DNA of 64,000 nt from a virus. Below are positions 35,010 to 45,306 of this stretch, one piece after another. The position numbers and the translations under genes are program-made. Every line of letters begins with the position of its first letter. The first letter of the stretch is position 1. Under the pieces are notes generated by a model, which had not been told where the DNA came from, ran no database searches, and was given only the letters and a program-made list of their open reading frames with translations. The DNA lies in the IMG/VR virus record IMGVR_UViG_3300036780_000171, positions 19,462 through 83,461 of that record; one strand, 5' to 3'.

Positions 35010-35321
35010 ATGGTATTTATAGGCTTTATCTATCTACTTCTCGGTTTTATATTCGGTGCATTTGTCGGCATAATGGCGATGACTGTTTATGGCGATACCA
35101 TTATCAATGACGAGGTCAAAGAAATTCGCGGACAGCGAATAGAAACCGCTAAACTACACTTTGAAACCAAGGTTTTTAAGAAGCTAATAAAAGAAAACCG
35201 CATTATAATGCTGCCCAAAGGCTTGACAAAGCGCCAGTTCTACTTGCTTAGATTAATTGCTCATTCAATATCAAAAATTGATAACGAAATTGCCCAGGTG
35301 ATAAAAGAGGTCGAGAAATGA
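35010..35321 (+). CDS. Membrane-anchored hypothetical protein
   Basis: N-terminal TM segment. Confidence 0.6.
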   Translation: MVFIGFIYLLLGFIFGAFVGIMAMTVYGDTIINDEVKEIRGQRIETAKLHFETKVFKKLIKENRIIMLPKGLTKRQFYLLRLIAHSISKIDNEIAQVIKEVEK

Positions 35322-35496
35322 GAATCTTTATACTTCGCATGATTTGTGATGCAATGGAATGGCTGATGGTTAGATACATGCGATTGGCGGTATGTATCTA
35401 CTCACCAGTAATACAATATAACGAAAGGAGTAAACTTTAAACTGGTGCTGTAGAGGCAGATTAATTTTACCATAAAGTAATAAGGAAGAAAATACA

Positions 35497-36099
35497 ATGA
35501 GTGTATCTCTTACAAAAGGCGAAAGCGTAACTCTGAGCAAAGCAGCTTCCGATGCTGGTTCTACCGCACCACTTACCAAAGTGATTGCGGGTGCTGGCTG
35601 GGATGGCACAAGCAGTGACCCGATTGACCTCGACCTGATGGCCGTGCTAATCGGTGACGACGGCAAGGCTTTGCCCGACGCTAATAATAATGGTAGTAAT
35701 GCCGATGAAGCCCTGTTGTTTTTTAACAACAAGACTCTGCCAGGTTTGGCTCACAGTGGTGACAACCTGACCGGCGAGGGCGAAGGTGATGACGAGCAAA
35801 TCGTTATTACACTTGCCGATGTTGCTGCCACCGTCAAAGAAATCGCTATTGTGGTCGCAAGCTACAGCGGTGAAAGCTTTGACAAGGTTGCAAACGCAAG
35901 TGTCCGTCTCGTGAACGAAGCCGACCAGAAAGAACTCGCCAAGTACGAGCTGACTTCTGGCGCGGAGTTTGCAGGCAAGCACGGTGTTGAGCTTGGTCGC
36001 CTGACTCGCAATGGTTCTGAATGGGAATTCAAAGCCACTGGTGCAGTCGTTGAAGGTGCTGATTTCGACGCAGTTGTCAAGACTCTTGGCATTAGCTAG
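35497..36099 (+). CDS. terD: TerD family protein
   Basis: SLTKGE..L, GAGWD, DLDL, HSGDNLTGEGEGDDEQI, WEFKATG. Confidence 0.93.
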   Translation: MSVSLTKGESVTLSKAASDAGSTAPLTKVIAGAGWDGTSSDPIDLDLMAVLIGDDGKALPDANNNGSNADEALLFFNNKTLPGLAHSGDNLTGEGEGDDEQIVITLADVAATVKEIAIVVASYSGESFDKVANASVRLVNEADQKELAKYELTSGAEFAGKHGVELGRLTRNGSEWEFKATGAVVEGADFDAVVKTLGIS

Positions 36100-36157
36100 A
36101 GCCAATCGGGGAGTTTCGACTCCCCACCAATTTCATAAACATAATGAGGTAAAACAT

Positions 36158-36742
36158 ATGTCAGATACGGTAAAGCTAGTAAAAGGGCAAAACGTAGAAT
36201 TGAGCAAGGTTGCTCCGGGCATGACCAAGGCCATTGTTGGCTTGGGTTGGGATGAATTGCAAGGTTCAGAAACGGCCGACCTTGACGCGATGGCCTTTCT
36301 TTTGAAGACCGATGGCAAGGTTCGTAGTGACAAAGATTTTGTCTACTACAATAACCTCGATGGTGCTGCTCCTGCGGTTAAACACAGTGGCGACGACTTG
36401 ACGGGCGGAAGTAGCGAGCATGGCGACGATGAGCAAATTCAAGTCGACCTATCAGCTATTCCAAGTGATGTTGAAAGCATCAAGTTTTTGGTTGACATTT
36501 ACCAAGCTGCCGAAAAAGGTCAGAATTTTGGTCAAGTAAAGAATGCCTATGTTCGGTTAGTCGATGCAGCAACAAATCAGGAAGTAGTACGCTACGACCT
36601 GACGGAAGACTATAGCGGCAACACCGATGTCATGGTTGCCGAACTCTATCGCCACGATGGCACATGGAAATTTAAGGCCATAGGCGAAGGCTCGACTAAA
36701 GGCTCTAGCCAAATTGCGAAAGACCTTGGTGTTAACACATAG
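36158..36742 (+). CDS. terD: TerD family protein
   Basis: LVKGQNVEL, GLGWD, DLDA, HSGDDLTG..DDEQI, FGQVKNAYVR, WKFKAIG. Confidence 0.93.
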   Translation: MSDTVKLVKGQNVELSKVAPGMTKAIVGLGWDELQGSETADLDAMAFLLKTDGKVRSDKDFVYYNNLDGAAPAVKHSGDDLTGGSSEHGDDEQIQVDLSAIPSDVESIKFLVDIYQAAEKGQNFGQVKNAYVRLVDAATNQEVVRYDLTEDYSGNTDVMVAELYRHDGTWKFKAIGEGSTKGSSQIAKDLGVNT

Positions 36743-37169
36743 TGATGTCCTTCCAGTCACATTCACTAAAAAAGTAGATTTTATTTCTAGTGAATGTTGG
36801 CTTTGGAAGGCCGGACTAACAAGTGCCGGCTATGGTAACTTCAGATTCGATAAAATATACTACTTAGCGCATAGATTTTCATACTTAGTATTAGTGGGCA
36901 AGTTAAAACCAGCCGATATTCTCGACCATAAATGCCATAACGAAGATAAGTATTGTAAAGGTGGTAAAAGCTGTCGGCATCGAAGATGTGTAAATCCTAG
37001 TCACTTAGAGATTACTACACAAAGAACCAATGTCTTAAACGGCAAAGGTATAGCAGCAGTCAATAGTAAGAAAATCTATTGTAAAAGAGGTCATTTATTT
37101 GACAATGAGAATACTCGTTATCAAAACGGTAGAAGACATTGTCGCAAATGTAATAAATTAAGGAGTTAA
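36714..37169 (+). CDS. HNH homing endonuclease inside the ter module
   Basis: CWLW..GYG..AHRFSY..LDHKC..CVNPSHL..N; CKRGH..CRKC. Confidence 0.88.
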   Translation: MRKTLVLTHSDVLPVTFTKKVDFISSECWLWKAGLTSAGYGNFRFDKIYYLAHRFSYLVLVGKLKPADILDHKCHNEDKYCKGGKSCRHRRCVNPSHLEITTQRTNVLNGKGIAAVNSKKIYCKRGHLFDNENTRYQNGRRHCRKCNKLRS

Positions 37170-37170
37170 A

Positions 37171-37305
37171 ATGTTAGAACTAATAATAGTGCTTGCAATT
37201 TACAGTATCTTAGTGTTGTTGTTTGTTCCGCTCAAAAAAATTGGTGAATGGCAGAGCAAAGTTCGCGGCTGGGAAAAGAAAGTTAAAGACAAGCTCGACG
37301 AGTAA
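37171..37305 (+). CDS. Small membrane protein (44 aa)
   Basis: MLELIIVLAIYSILVLLFVPLKK...LDE*, with AGGAG RBS. Confidence 0.6.
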   Translation: MLELIIVLAIYSILVLLFVPLKKIGEWQSKVRGWEKKVKDKLDE

Positions 37306-37310
37306 ATAGT

Positions 37311-38324
37311 ATGTTCAAACTATTTCGCATACCCCTACTTGTAAATGGGGTAGCTCTATTAATTTCGTACTTCATATGGGGTTTGCCAGCAGCAATAACC
37401 GTTGCCATTCTAACGGTTTTAGAAATTAGTTTTTCGTTCGATAACGCAGTTGTAAACGCCAAGATACTTGGCCGCATGAATGAGTATTGGCAACGCATTT
37501 TCCTGACCATAGGCGTGCTTATCGCCGTGTTTGGCATGAGATTGCTATTTCCGCTCATTGTCGTGGCTCTGGCAGCCCATATGTCGCCACTAGCCGCTTT
37601 ACACTTGGCGCTACAGCATCCTGACGAATATGCCAAGCATTTAACCTATGCACACCCTGCAATCGCAGCATTTGGCGGTACATTCCTAGCTATGCTATTT
37701 TTGGACTGGCTGCAGGAAGAACGGGAAATACAATGGCTAACACCGATTGAAAATACCTTGTTTAAACTTGGCCGCGTTGAGAATATATCGGTCATTATCA
37801 TGGCCGTGGTTTTGGCTATCATATCGTTTACGCTGGGTCACTCGGTCATGGTGTTAACGTCAGGCATACTTGGCTTGGCAACATACTTGGCTGTCAACAG
37901 CCTAAGCAGTTTCTTTGATAAAGACACTGTTGCCCAAGTCGCCAAGGCAGGACTTGCCACATTCCTATACCTTGAAGTTTTGGATGCCAGTTTTAGCTTT
38001 GATGGCGTGGTTGGCGCATTTGCCGTGACCAGTAATATCTTTTTAATTGCTATTGGTCTTGGCATTGGTGCCGCCTATATTCGAGGTTTGACCGTCTATC
38101 TGGTACGCAAAGGCACGCTAAGCGAATATGTGTACTTAGAACATGGCGCTCATTGGGCGATTGGTATTTTGGCTGCGTTGTTATTACTGACAATTAAATT
38201 CGATATTTCAGATATAATCACCGGCTTAATTGGTGTGGCGTTTATTGGTACCGCGTTTATAAATTCGATAATAGTAAAGAAAAGAGGCGATAATGCGCAA
38301 GTTATATCGGCTACTGAAAGATAG
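37311..38324 (+). CDS. TerC-like integral membrane protein (DUF475)
   Basis: LEISFSFDNAVVNA, FLYLEVLDASFSFDGV, YLEHGAHWAI. Confidence 0.92.
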   Translation: MFKLFRIPLLVNGVALLISYFIWGLPAAITVAILTVLEISFSFDNAVVNAKILGRMNEYWQRIFLTIGVLIAVFGMRLLFPLIVVALAAHMSPLAALHLALQHPDEYAKHLTYAHPAIAAFGGTFLAMLFLDWLQEEREIQWLTPIENTLFKLGRVENISVIIMAVVLAIISFTLGHSVMVLTSGILGLATYLAVNSLSSFFDKDTVAQVAKAGLATFLYLEVLDASFSFDGVVGAFAVTSNIFLIAIGLGIGAAYIRGLTVYLVRKGTLSEYVYLEHGAHWAIGILAALLLLTIKFDISDIITGLIGVAFIGTAFINSIIVKKRGDNAQVISATER

Positions 38325-38586
38325 CCCTGAACTCAAAAAGGATGCAATCTTACAAGAAGATTGCGACAATGGCGACCAAGGTTTTAGTATTCTTACTAAA
38401 GAGTATCTAAAGCATAGCGACCAAGGTGGTCTAAGTTACTCGCGTAAAACCGTCATGAATTCACCCGAATGGTTCGAGGAAGTGTTCGACTTGAGCAAGA
38501 TATTCTATGTTACTAAAAGTGAGCTGGATAAAGTCAAGGAATTACTTAAAAGTCCAAACTTTAACAAGTTTGTCAAGAAAAAATGA
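38293..38586 (+). CDS. Hypothetical protein
   Basis: Packed ORF. Confidence 0.65.
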   Translation: MRKLYRLLKDSPELKKDAILQEDCDNGDQGFSILTKEYLKHSDQGGLSYSRKTVMNSPEWFEEVFDLSKIFYVTKSELDKVKELLKSPNFNKFVKKK

Positions 38587-38981
38587 ACCTTTTGCACCAT
38601 ATGAAGCGCATACACCATTTGCCAAGAAAGTATATTACTATTTTAAGGCATGGCACCGAATCAATACAGGAATTACTGATAGTGTATTTATGCACCGTGC
38701 TTCTATGTGCCACAATTTTTTCGATAACTGAACATCAAGGCGAATTTAACTCAATTTGGTGGGCTTTTGTCACGGCATTAACTATTGGCTATGGCGACTT
38801 TTACCCGCATACGGTGGTAGGAAAAATTGATGCCGTATTGTTAATGCATTTGGTCACGTTATTTATTCTGCCAATCGTCATTGCACGAATGGCTAATAAA
38901 ATCGTTAAAGATAAGGATAAATTCACGCTTGAGGAACGTGAAGAAATTAAGACAATATTACGTAAATTAGATAAGAGGTAA
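38583..38981 (+). CDS. Two-TM potassium channel (KcsA-like pore)
   Basis: SIWWAFVTALTIGYGDFYP selectivity filter. Confidence 0.92.
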   Translation: MNLLHHMKRIHHLPRKYITILRHGTESIQELLIVYLCTVLLCATIFSITEHQGEFNSIWWAFVTALTIGYGDFYPHTVVGKIDAVLLMHLVTLFILPIVIARMANKIVKDKDKFTLEEREEIKTILRKLDKR

Positions 38982-38984
38982 GTT

Positions 38985-39758
38985 ATGTTTGGTCATCATA
39001 GTAATTCAAATTCAAAAACCGTTGCCAGAAGTGTACCGCTAGTCAAAGATAATAGCGGTGCTTCGGCGGTTAGTTTCGATAAAATAGAACAAAGCGGTGG
39101 TATTGACCTTCGTAAAAAGAGTGAAGCTGTCACTATTTCGCTACAAAAGCGTAACATTGGTGGTCTACGTGCACAAGTGGTAGTTATTCTTGACCATTCC
39201 GGTTCAATGTATGGCGACTATGCAAACCACAAGGTGCAGGATTTAGTCGAACGTTTTCTCGGTTTTGGCCTCGCAGTTGACATTGATGGAACTGTGCCGG
39301 TTATCCCATTCGACAGCGTGGTGCATAATGCTACCGAAGTTACACTCGAAAACTACCATAATGTAGTACAAGACAAAATTTGGAAGCCAAGCGGAATGGG
39401 CAGCACAAACCTGACCGACGCACTTAAAAAAGTGCGTGATATAACTGCCAGTACCGATGCACCCATTTTCTGTGCTATTGTTACCGATGGTGAGCCAAAT
39501 GATGATAACTCGGCCACGGAGCTTGTTTGCGACCTTGCCCGTTATCCCGTGTTTATTAAGTTTTTGGCAGTACAAAAAGTTTACTACCTCGAGAAACTCG
39601 ATGACCTGCCAAGCAGCGAGCGTTTAGTCGATAATGTCGATACCAAAGAATATGTAGGTAATATGTCGAGTGTAACTGATGAGCAATTTGCCGATGACCT
39701 AACCGATGAGTGGCAAAGCTGGGTCGATGCCGCTAAGCAGGTTGGTATCCTGACATAA
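38985..39758 (+). CDS. vWA domain protein (TerF-associated vWA type)
   Basis: ILDHSGSM MIDAS, G.T, IVTDGEP, LEKLDDL..R.VDN. Confidence 0.85.
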   Translation: MFGHHSNSNSKTVARSVPLVKDNSGASAVSFDKIEQSGGIDLRKKSEAVTISLQKRNIGGLRAQVVVILDHSGSMYGDYANHKVQDLVERFLGFGLAVDIDGTVPVIPFDSVVHNATEVTLENYHNVVQDKIWKPSGMGSTNLTDALKKVRDITASTDAPIFCAIVTDGEPNDDNSATELVCDLARYPVFIKFLAVQKVYYLEKLDDLPSSERLVDNVDTKEYVGNMSSVTDEQFADDLTDEWQSWVDAAKQVGILT

Positions 39759-39798
39759 ATAGTTTGTATTCTTAATTGCGCTTGTGTATAATAAGACT

Positions 39799-40137
39799 AT
39801 GGATAAGAAAGTAAAACAAGAATACAAACCACAAGAGCCAGACCCGAGTAGCAATACACAACGTAAGAGGTCAGGGAAGCCAGCTATTACGCTGGCTTCC
39901 AAGACTAAAACGACTACAGAAACTCGCAGATATATTGTTCGGCTCGGCCGTTTGACCGCTACGTTTGAAGTTACCCATGATGCCAAAATGACATTTTTTG
40001 ACGGTCCAAAATCCAAGCAAATCAAGGAGTACCATTTTGAATTAAGCGACCCTCTAGTAGTTAAGAAAGTTTCGGCACTAATTACAGAATGTGCCAAGGT
40101 CGCATTAAAAGCTGTCAAGGAAATGAAGCATGACTAG
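39799..40137 (+). CDS. Hypothetical protein (leaderless start)
   Basis: ATG 6 nt after TATAAT 39787-92. Confidence 0.6.
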   Translation: MDKKVKQEYKPQEPDPSSNTQRKRSGKPAITLASKTKTTTETRRYIVRLGRLTATFEVTHDAKMTFFDGPKSKQIKEYHFELSDPLVVKKVSALITECAKVALKAVKEMKHD

Positions 40138-40573
40138 ATATGGGCCGGACTGCTTTTGTGGTTCACGAACTATTTACCAAGATAGCAAAGAATACTATCA
40201 TGGCACCAGCTATGGCATGCGCTATATTTGTGAGCGCTGGCCTGAATGCCTTGGTTCGGTCGGTGCTCATCCCGATGGCCAGCCACTAGGCACTGTGCCA
40301 GACCCCGAAACAAAGCGACTGCGTGGCGTTTGTCATGGCATGGTTGACGCAATTTGGCGCGACGCAAATCTGACCGCCAAAGAACAACGACAAAAGCGTG
40401 GTTCGGTATATCGTTGGCTACAAAATATTACCGGCCTATCGCAAGGAGAATGTCATATTGGAAAATTTAATGCCGAGCAATGCCGCTTTCTAATTAAGTG
40501 TATTAAAGCCGTGCCGTATGAACAGAGACATGAACTACTGCCAAATCTTTATACGGGCAGAAAAATAGCATGA
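40130..40573 (+). CDS. DUF3268-like zinc-finger protein
   Basis: CFCG..YIC..C..VGAH..PLGT..H..D.IW..Y.WL..CHIG.F..EQC. Confidence 0.8.
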   Translation: MTRYGPDCFCGSRTIYQDSKEYYHGTSYGMRYICERWPECLGSVGAHPDGQPLGTVPDPETKRLRGVCHGMVDAIWRDANLTAKEQRQKRGSVYRWLQNITGLSQGECHIGKFNAEQCRFLIKCIKAVPYEQRHELLPNLYTGRKIA

Positions 40574-40763
40574 CAAGAAATTCGGTATATTTTGCTTTGC
40601 TGATTTTTATAATTAATATACCTTTAGCATTTATGCTTTTATTCGGCGGTCTTGCAATGGCCGCCATAGTGGTAATAACTACTGGAACACTCATAATATG
40701 GGCAATCGCACTTGGCATAATCTCGTTGTAATAGTTCTAAGCTCGTGCAATAATTACTCCAGC

Positions 40764-41717
40764 ATGAGAATAACATTCTTGGGAAATTTTCAAGTTCCCT
40801 TTAGTAGCGAAACACACCATAAAATAAGTCTCGAATCACTTGGTCACTATGTTATACCGTTGCAGGAAACCCAAGCCGGCAGCGAGCAGATAATGCGTGA
40901 AGCCTTGCAGTCAGATATATTCGTTTGGGTGCATACGCATGGCTGGAATACCCCGGGTGAGCGCAGCATGGCTTCCGTGCTTAATATTTTGCGTGATAAG
41001 AGCATACCAACCCTCACCTACCATCTTGACCTTTGGTTCGGCTTAAATCGTCAAGCCGAACTGGAAGCCGATGATATTTACAAGCATATCCAGCACTTTT
41101 TTACGGTCGATAAAAAGATGGCCGACTGGTTTAACGAAAATGGCAATGGTGTTCAAGGTCACTATCTACCAGCCGGTGTGCTTGGGCAGGAATGCTTTAT
41201 CGACGAAAATATCCAAAAGGTGAACGACGTGGTATTTGTTGGCTCACGAAATTATCATCCCGAATGGCCGTATCGTCCGACATTAGTAAATTGGCTGCAG
41301 CAGACTTATGGAAACCGCTTTATACACGTTGGCGGTGATGGCATTGGTATAGTACGCGGCCATGAACTAATTGGCTTATATAACGCCACTAAAGTAGCCG
41401 TGGGCGACTCATTGTGCGTTGATTTTATTTATCCGTACTATTGGAGCGATAGAGTATACGAAACAATGGGGCGTGGCGGTTTTCTTATTATGCCATATAT
41501 CAAAGGCTTAGAAGACGAGTTTAAACTATGGGGCGATGACAAAGAACTTGTAACTTATCCTTTCGGTGATTTTGAACGACTCAAAGAAGTAATCGACCAT
41601 GCCCTAGTGAATGATAAAGAACGCGAAGCCATACGGATACGCGGGCATAACAAGGTCAAGAATAACTATACATATAAACACCGCTGGCAAACCATTCTAA
41701 CGGAGATTGGAAAATGA
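40764..41717 (+). CDS. Glycosyltransferase (GT-B, CgeB-like)
   Basis: DVVFVGS, YWSDRVYETMGRGGFL, HNKVKNNYTY..RW. Confidence 0.85.
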   Translation: MRITFLGNFQVPFSSETHHKISLESLGHYVIPLQETQAGSEQIMREALQSDIFVWVHTHGWNTPGERSMASVLNILRDKSIPTLTYHLDLWFGLNRQAELEADDIYKHIQHFFTVDKKMADWFNENGNGVQGHYLPAGVLGQECFIDENIQKVNDVVFVGSRNYHPEWPYRPTLVNWLQQTYGNRFIHVGGDGIGIVRGHELIGLYNATKVAVGDSLCVDFIYPYYWSDRVYETMGRGGFLIMPYIKGLEDEFKLWGDDKELVTYPFGDFERLKEVIDHALVNDKEREAIRIRGHNKVKNNYTYKHRWQTILTEIGK

Positions 41718-42415
41718 GAACAATTATTAATGGTCGATACTATTTAGAGCTACCTGAATTTAGAGCTAAGTTCTGGCACAATAGCCCCGATTGGGAAAAA
41801 GAACGCATCGAAGCCATGAGCAACGTGGTCAAGCGCGGGCAAACGGTTATTGACGTCGGCGCGGAAGTGGGCGACATTACGGCGTTGCTGGCAACATGGG
41901 TAGGTGACACGGGAAAAGTTATTGCCATGGAGCCAGTTGAACGTACATGGCCGTTAATACGCCGTATCTTCAAACTTAATAATTTACCCGCGCCGGTTAG
42001 CTTTGTCGGTTTTGCAGCCAATGAAACCAAAAACTATTCTGGTATTCCACGGGCAGGCTGGCCTGAATGTGCCTATGGTCAGATAATGGAAGAGCCAGGG
42101 TTCCAGTTCCTTGATGAACGCTGGGATTTACCGGCCATAAAAATTGACGACTTGTATGTTCAGCCGCAGATGATTACCATTGATACCGAAGGCTCGGAAT
42201 TTGAAGTCATAAAAGGCGCGACCAGAACAATTAAATTATGCAAGCCAGATATTTTTATTTCTATCCATCGTCAATTCATGATTGACCGCTTTCAACAAAG
42301 TGCCGACGAGTTGGTGACGTATATCGAAGATATTGGCTACCGTTCAGACCTATTAGTTATCGACCATGAAGAACATTGGGCATTTACACCGAAAAGGGGA
42401 AAAAGTGAATCTTGA
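41714..42415 (+). CDS. FkbM family methyltransferase
   Basis: VIDVGAEVG, VIAMEP, IDTEGSEFEVIKGA. Confidence 0.88.
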   Translation: MRTIINGRYYLELPEFRAKFWHNSPDWEKERIEAMSNVVKRGQTVIDVGAEVGDITALLATWVGDTGKVIAMEPVERTWPLIRRIFKLNNLPAPVSFVGFAANETKNYSGIPRAGWPECAYGQIMEEPGFQFLDERWDLPAIKIDDLYVQPQMITIDTEGSEFEVIKGATRTIKLCKPDIFISIHRQFMIDRFQQSADELVTYIEDIGYRSDLLVIDHEEHWAFTPKRGKSES

Positions 42416-42950
42416 AGATGTTGCCCGTAAACACGGTGCCGATAAGTTTGAGCATGGCTATTGTCCTCACTATCAAGCGCATCTACCACACAGGTTAGAC
42501 AAGTTTACCATGCTTGAAATTGGAGTCGCGAAAGGTGCCTCAATGTTCATGTGGCATGAGTGGTTTAAGAACGCTACCATTATCGGCATTGACAATAATC
42601 CTGATATTCTAGACATACCAAATGACGGCTTTACTTTGTTTCATAGTGATGGCACTAGACAACATGAGCAGTTGGATACGTACAAATTCGATATAGTTAT
42701 TGATGATGGTTCGCATACTTCAGGAGACATAATCAAAAGCTTTAAGCTATACTGGCCGAAGCTGAATTCCGGCGGCATTTATGTAGTAGAAGACCTAGCC
42801 ACTCAGTTTGACCAGTTTTGGGAAGGCCGTCCGAACGGCTCTGATGCAACTGATATAATTGCGAACATGCTTCTCAAGACTTACCGGCAGTTTGGCATAA
42901 GTGAGTTTCACGCCTATAGAGAAATTGTATTTATGAAGAAAGACCAATAA
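42366..42950 (+). CDS. Class I SAM methyltransferase (sugar O-methyltransferase-like)
   Basis: GADK..HGY, MLEIGVAKGAS, FDIVIDDGSH, GGIYVVEDL. Confidence 0.85.
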   Translation: MKNIGHLHRKGEKVNLEDVARKHGADKFEHGYCPHYQAHLPHRLDKFTMLEIGVAKGASMFMWHEWFKNATIIGIDNNPDILDIPNDGFTLFHSDGTRQHEQLDTYKFDIVIDDGSHTSGDIIKSFKLYWPKLNSGGIYVVEDLATQFDQFWEGRPNGSDATDIIANMLLKTYRQFGISEFHAYREIVFMKKDQ

Positions 42951-43612
42951 TGAAGTACGCAATAGTCATGCCATTCATCTATAAGCCGTGGGCCGACGCC
43001 TGCCTGGCGTCATGCAAGCTGCCTGTCGAGAACATCTTGGCGGTCGACAATACTGTCGAAAATAGGGGTGTCGCGGCTTCCTGGAACCTTGGCATCGAGA
43101 AGATGAAAGTCCAGGATGCCGACTGGTTAATTATTTTATCGGCAGCCATCAGATTTGGTGAAAAGGGCGGCCATGACTTTATTCAAGCTCTTGAAAATCA
43201 TCCCGAGTGTGCCGTTATAGAAGCGGCTATGGGTATTGGCTGGCACTTAATAGCCTTTTCAAAGAAAGCTATTGAGTTGGCGGGCAAGTTCGATGAAAAC
43301 TTTTATCCTGCTTACTACGAAGACTTAGATTATTCATGGCGGCTCAAAATGGCTTACGAAGACCTTGACCCAACGCATAATATCTCGAACAGCCCGATTT
43401 GGCATAAGGAAATAGTTGACGTAATGATTGCCGGTTTCGCCCACGGTGTGACCTTGGGTGGCGTACGAGCCGATACCACTAAACTCGTACAATACTATAT
43501 TCAAAAGTGGGGTGGTGAGACTGGCCGCGAACGATTTATGCGGCCATTTAATAATGTTGAGAATTTAATTAAGTTTTGGCCGCATAGTGAACGGGGCGGT
43601 GAGTGGATATGA
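42950..43612 (+). CDS. GT2 family glycosyltransferase
   Basis: VDN..NRGVAASWNLGI, GKFDENFYPAYYEDLDY. Confidence 0.85.
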   Translation: MKYAIVMPFIYKPWADACLASCKLPVENILAVDNTVENRGVAASWNLGIEKMKVQDADWLIILSAAIRFGEKGGHDFIQALENHPECAVIEAAMGIGWHLIAFSKKAIELAGKFDENFYPAYYEDLDYSWRLKMAYEDLDPTHNISNSPIWHKEIVDVMIAGFAHGVTLGGVRADTTKLVQYYIQKWGGETGRERFMRPFNNVENLIKFWPHSERGGEWI

Positions 43613-45306
43613 AAATTCCCTATACATTACTTGATTTTAGCGGTGAAGTAAAAACCATTGCCAGCCAGTGGGATATGGCACTCATAAAAGACTTGCTTGA
43701 CTGTAAAATATGGCAACCAGCCCAAGGTTATGAGTTTTTTGAAGAAACTGATAGAAGCAAGATAGGTGAATATTCTGATGGGGCTATTACTATAATCCCC
43801 GCTAGACAGAATGCTCAATACTTGGACAAAGTTCAAGACTGGATTGAATGTCTAGGCTGGACAGTGTTAATTATCGTAGGTGATGAGGAGCGCAGTTTTG
43901 ATTACACAAAGCTGAAGCATCCTAACATGAAAGTCTGGCTCATGCAGCCAAAGCTTGACGACAAGGCCGACTTCTTTATTGGTTCAGGCTATGCACCATT
44001 TACCAGGGAACTCATCGCACAAAACAAGCCATTTTACATGGATAAACTTGGCGACTGGTTTTTTGCAGGACAAGTTAACCATCCACGTCGTAAGCAGGCA
44101 GTTGATATCTTAAAGCAAATAGAAGAACGCGAAAGCTTGAGCGGAAAGCTGGTTGAGACAAATGGTTTTACACAAGGCCTAACCCACGATACATACTGTG
44201 CTTTATTAGCAAACAATAAAGCCGTGCCATGTCCAAGCGGAATCCAGTCGCCGGATAGTTTTAGGGTTTACGAAGCACTAGAAGCAGGAGCCGTACCGAT
44301 TGCCGATGATATTAGCACCGTACTTATCCATGAATCCGGCTATTGGCGAAAAGTTTTTAATGGTGAAGATGTGCCATTTAAGATTCTTGACGACTATGCC
44401 AACCTTGAAGGTTATATACTCGATATACAGCGCGAGTACCCGGCTTATAGCAACAAGGTTTTTGCCTGGTGGGTTGGATATAAGCGACGCATGGCCTATG
44501 TACTTAATGAACAAGTCCACGAGCTATCTGGTATCGAATATTCAGACAATGGTATTTCTAACAAAATTACTGTAATAATTCCTACAAGCCCGATTAAAAG
44601 CCATCCAGATACGAAAGTCATTGACCAGAGTATTAGAGACATACGAACTGTGCTGCCCGAGTGCGAAATCATAATTGGCATTGATGGTGTGCGACCCGAG
44701 CAGGAACACTATAGGGAACGCTATGAACAATACAAGCGGACATTGCTTTGGAAGACCAATTATGAATGGTCAAATGTGGTGCCGGTCATATTTGACGAAC
44801 ATATGCATCAAGCCCTTATGACAAAAGAACTACTAAAAATGGTTAGGACACCCACCCTTTTATTTATCGAGCATGACACCGCCCTCACGCCAGACTTTGA
44901 ATTTGATTGGCAGAGTTTCGTAAAAGTTATCGAAGATGGCGAGGCAAATATAATTCGTTTTCACTTTGAAGCCATGATACCGAGTGACCATAAGGATTTA
45001 ATGATTGGCGATGTTGAACGAATAAATAATATGCCTTTGCTCAAGACCATGCAATGGTCGCAACGGCCGCATTTGGCATCAACCGTATTCTACAAAGACA
45101 TGCTGGAACGATACTTTACTGACCAGAGCCGCACCATGATAGAAGATGTGGTGCATGGCAAGGTTATTGAAGATTGCCAGAATGATGGCATGATGGGCTG
45201 GTACAAATGGCGGCTTTGGATTTACTACCCCGATAACGGCAATATCAAGCGTAGCTATACGACTGATGGCCGTGAAGATGACCCTAAATTTGAAATGGTT
45301 TTCTAA
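43603..45306 (+). CDS. Two-domain glycosyltransferase (GT-B/exostosin-like plus GT-A-like)
   Basis: FFAGQ, CPSG..DSFRVYEALEAGAVP; ITVIIPTS, LFIEHD. Confidence 0.75.
   Translation: MDMKIPYTLLDFSGEVKTIASQWDMALIKDLLDCKIWQPAQGYEFFEETDRSKIGEYSDGAITIIPARQNAQYLDKVQDWIECLGWTVLIIVGDEERSFDYTKLKHPNMKVWLMQPKLDDKADFFIGSGYAPFTRELIAQNKPFYMDKLGDWFFAGQVNHPRRKQAVDILKQIEERESLSGKLVETNGFTQGLTHDTYCALLANNKAVPCPSGIQSPDSFRVYEALEAGAVPIADDISTVLIHESGYWRKVFNGEDVPFKILDDYANLEGYILDIQREYPAYSNKVFAWWVGYKRRMAYVLNEQVHELSGIEYSDNGISNKITVIIPTSPIKSHPDTKVIDQSIRDIRTVLPECEIIIGIDGVRPEQEHYRERYEQYKRTLLWKTNYEWSNVVPVIFDEHMHQALMTKELLKMVRTPTLLFIEHDTALTPDFEFDWQSFVKVIEDGEANIIRFHFEAMIPSDHKDLMIGDVERINNMPLLKTMQWSQRPHLASTVFYKDMLERYFTDQSRTMIEDVVHGKVIEDCQNDGMMGWYKWRLWIYYPDNGNIKRSYTTDGREDDPKFEMVF

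Noticed and set aside
36106-36129. tRNA-like 3' fragment or attP (GGGGAGTTTCGACTCCCCACCA)
   Set aside because: Only a single hairpin between the terD genes; no other tRNA arms and no integrase in the window.
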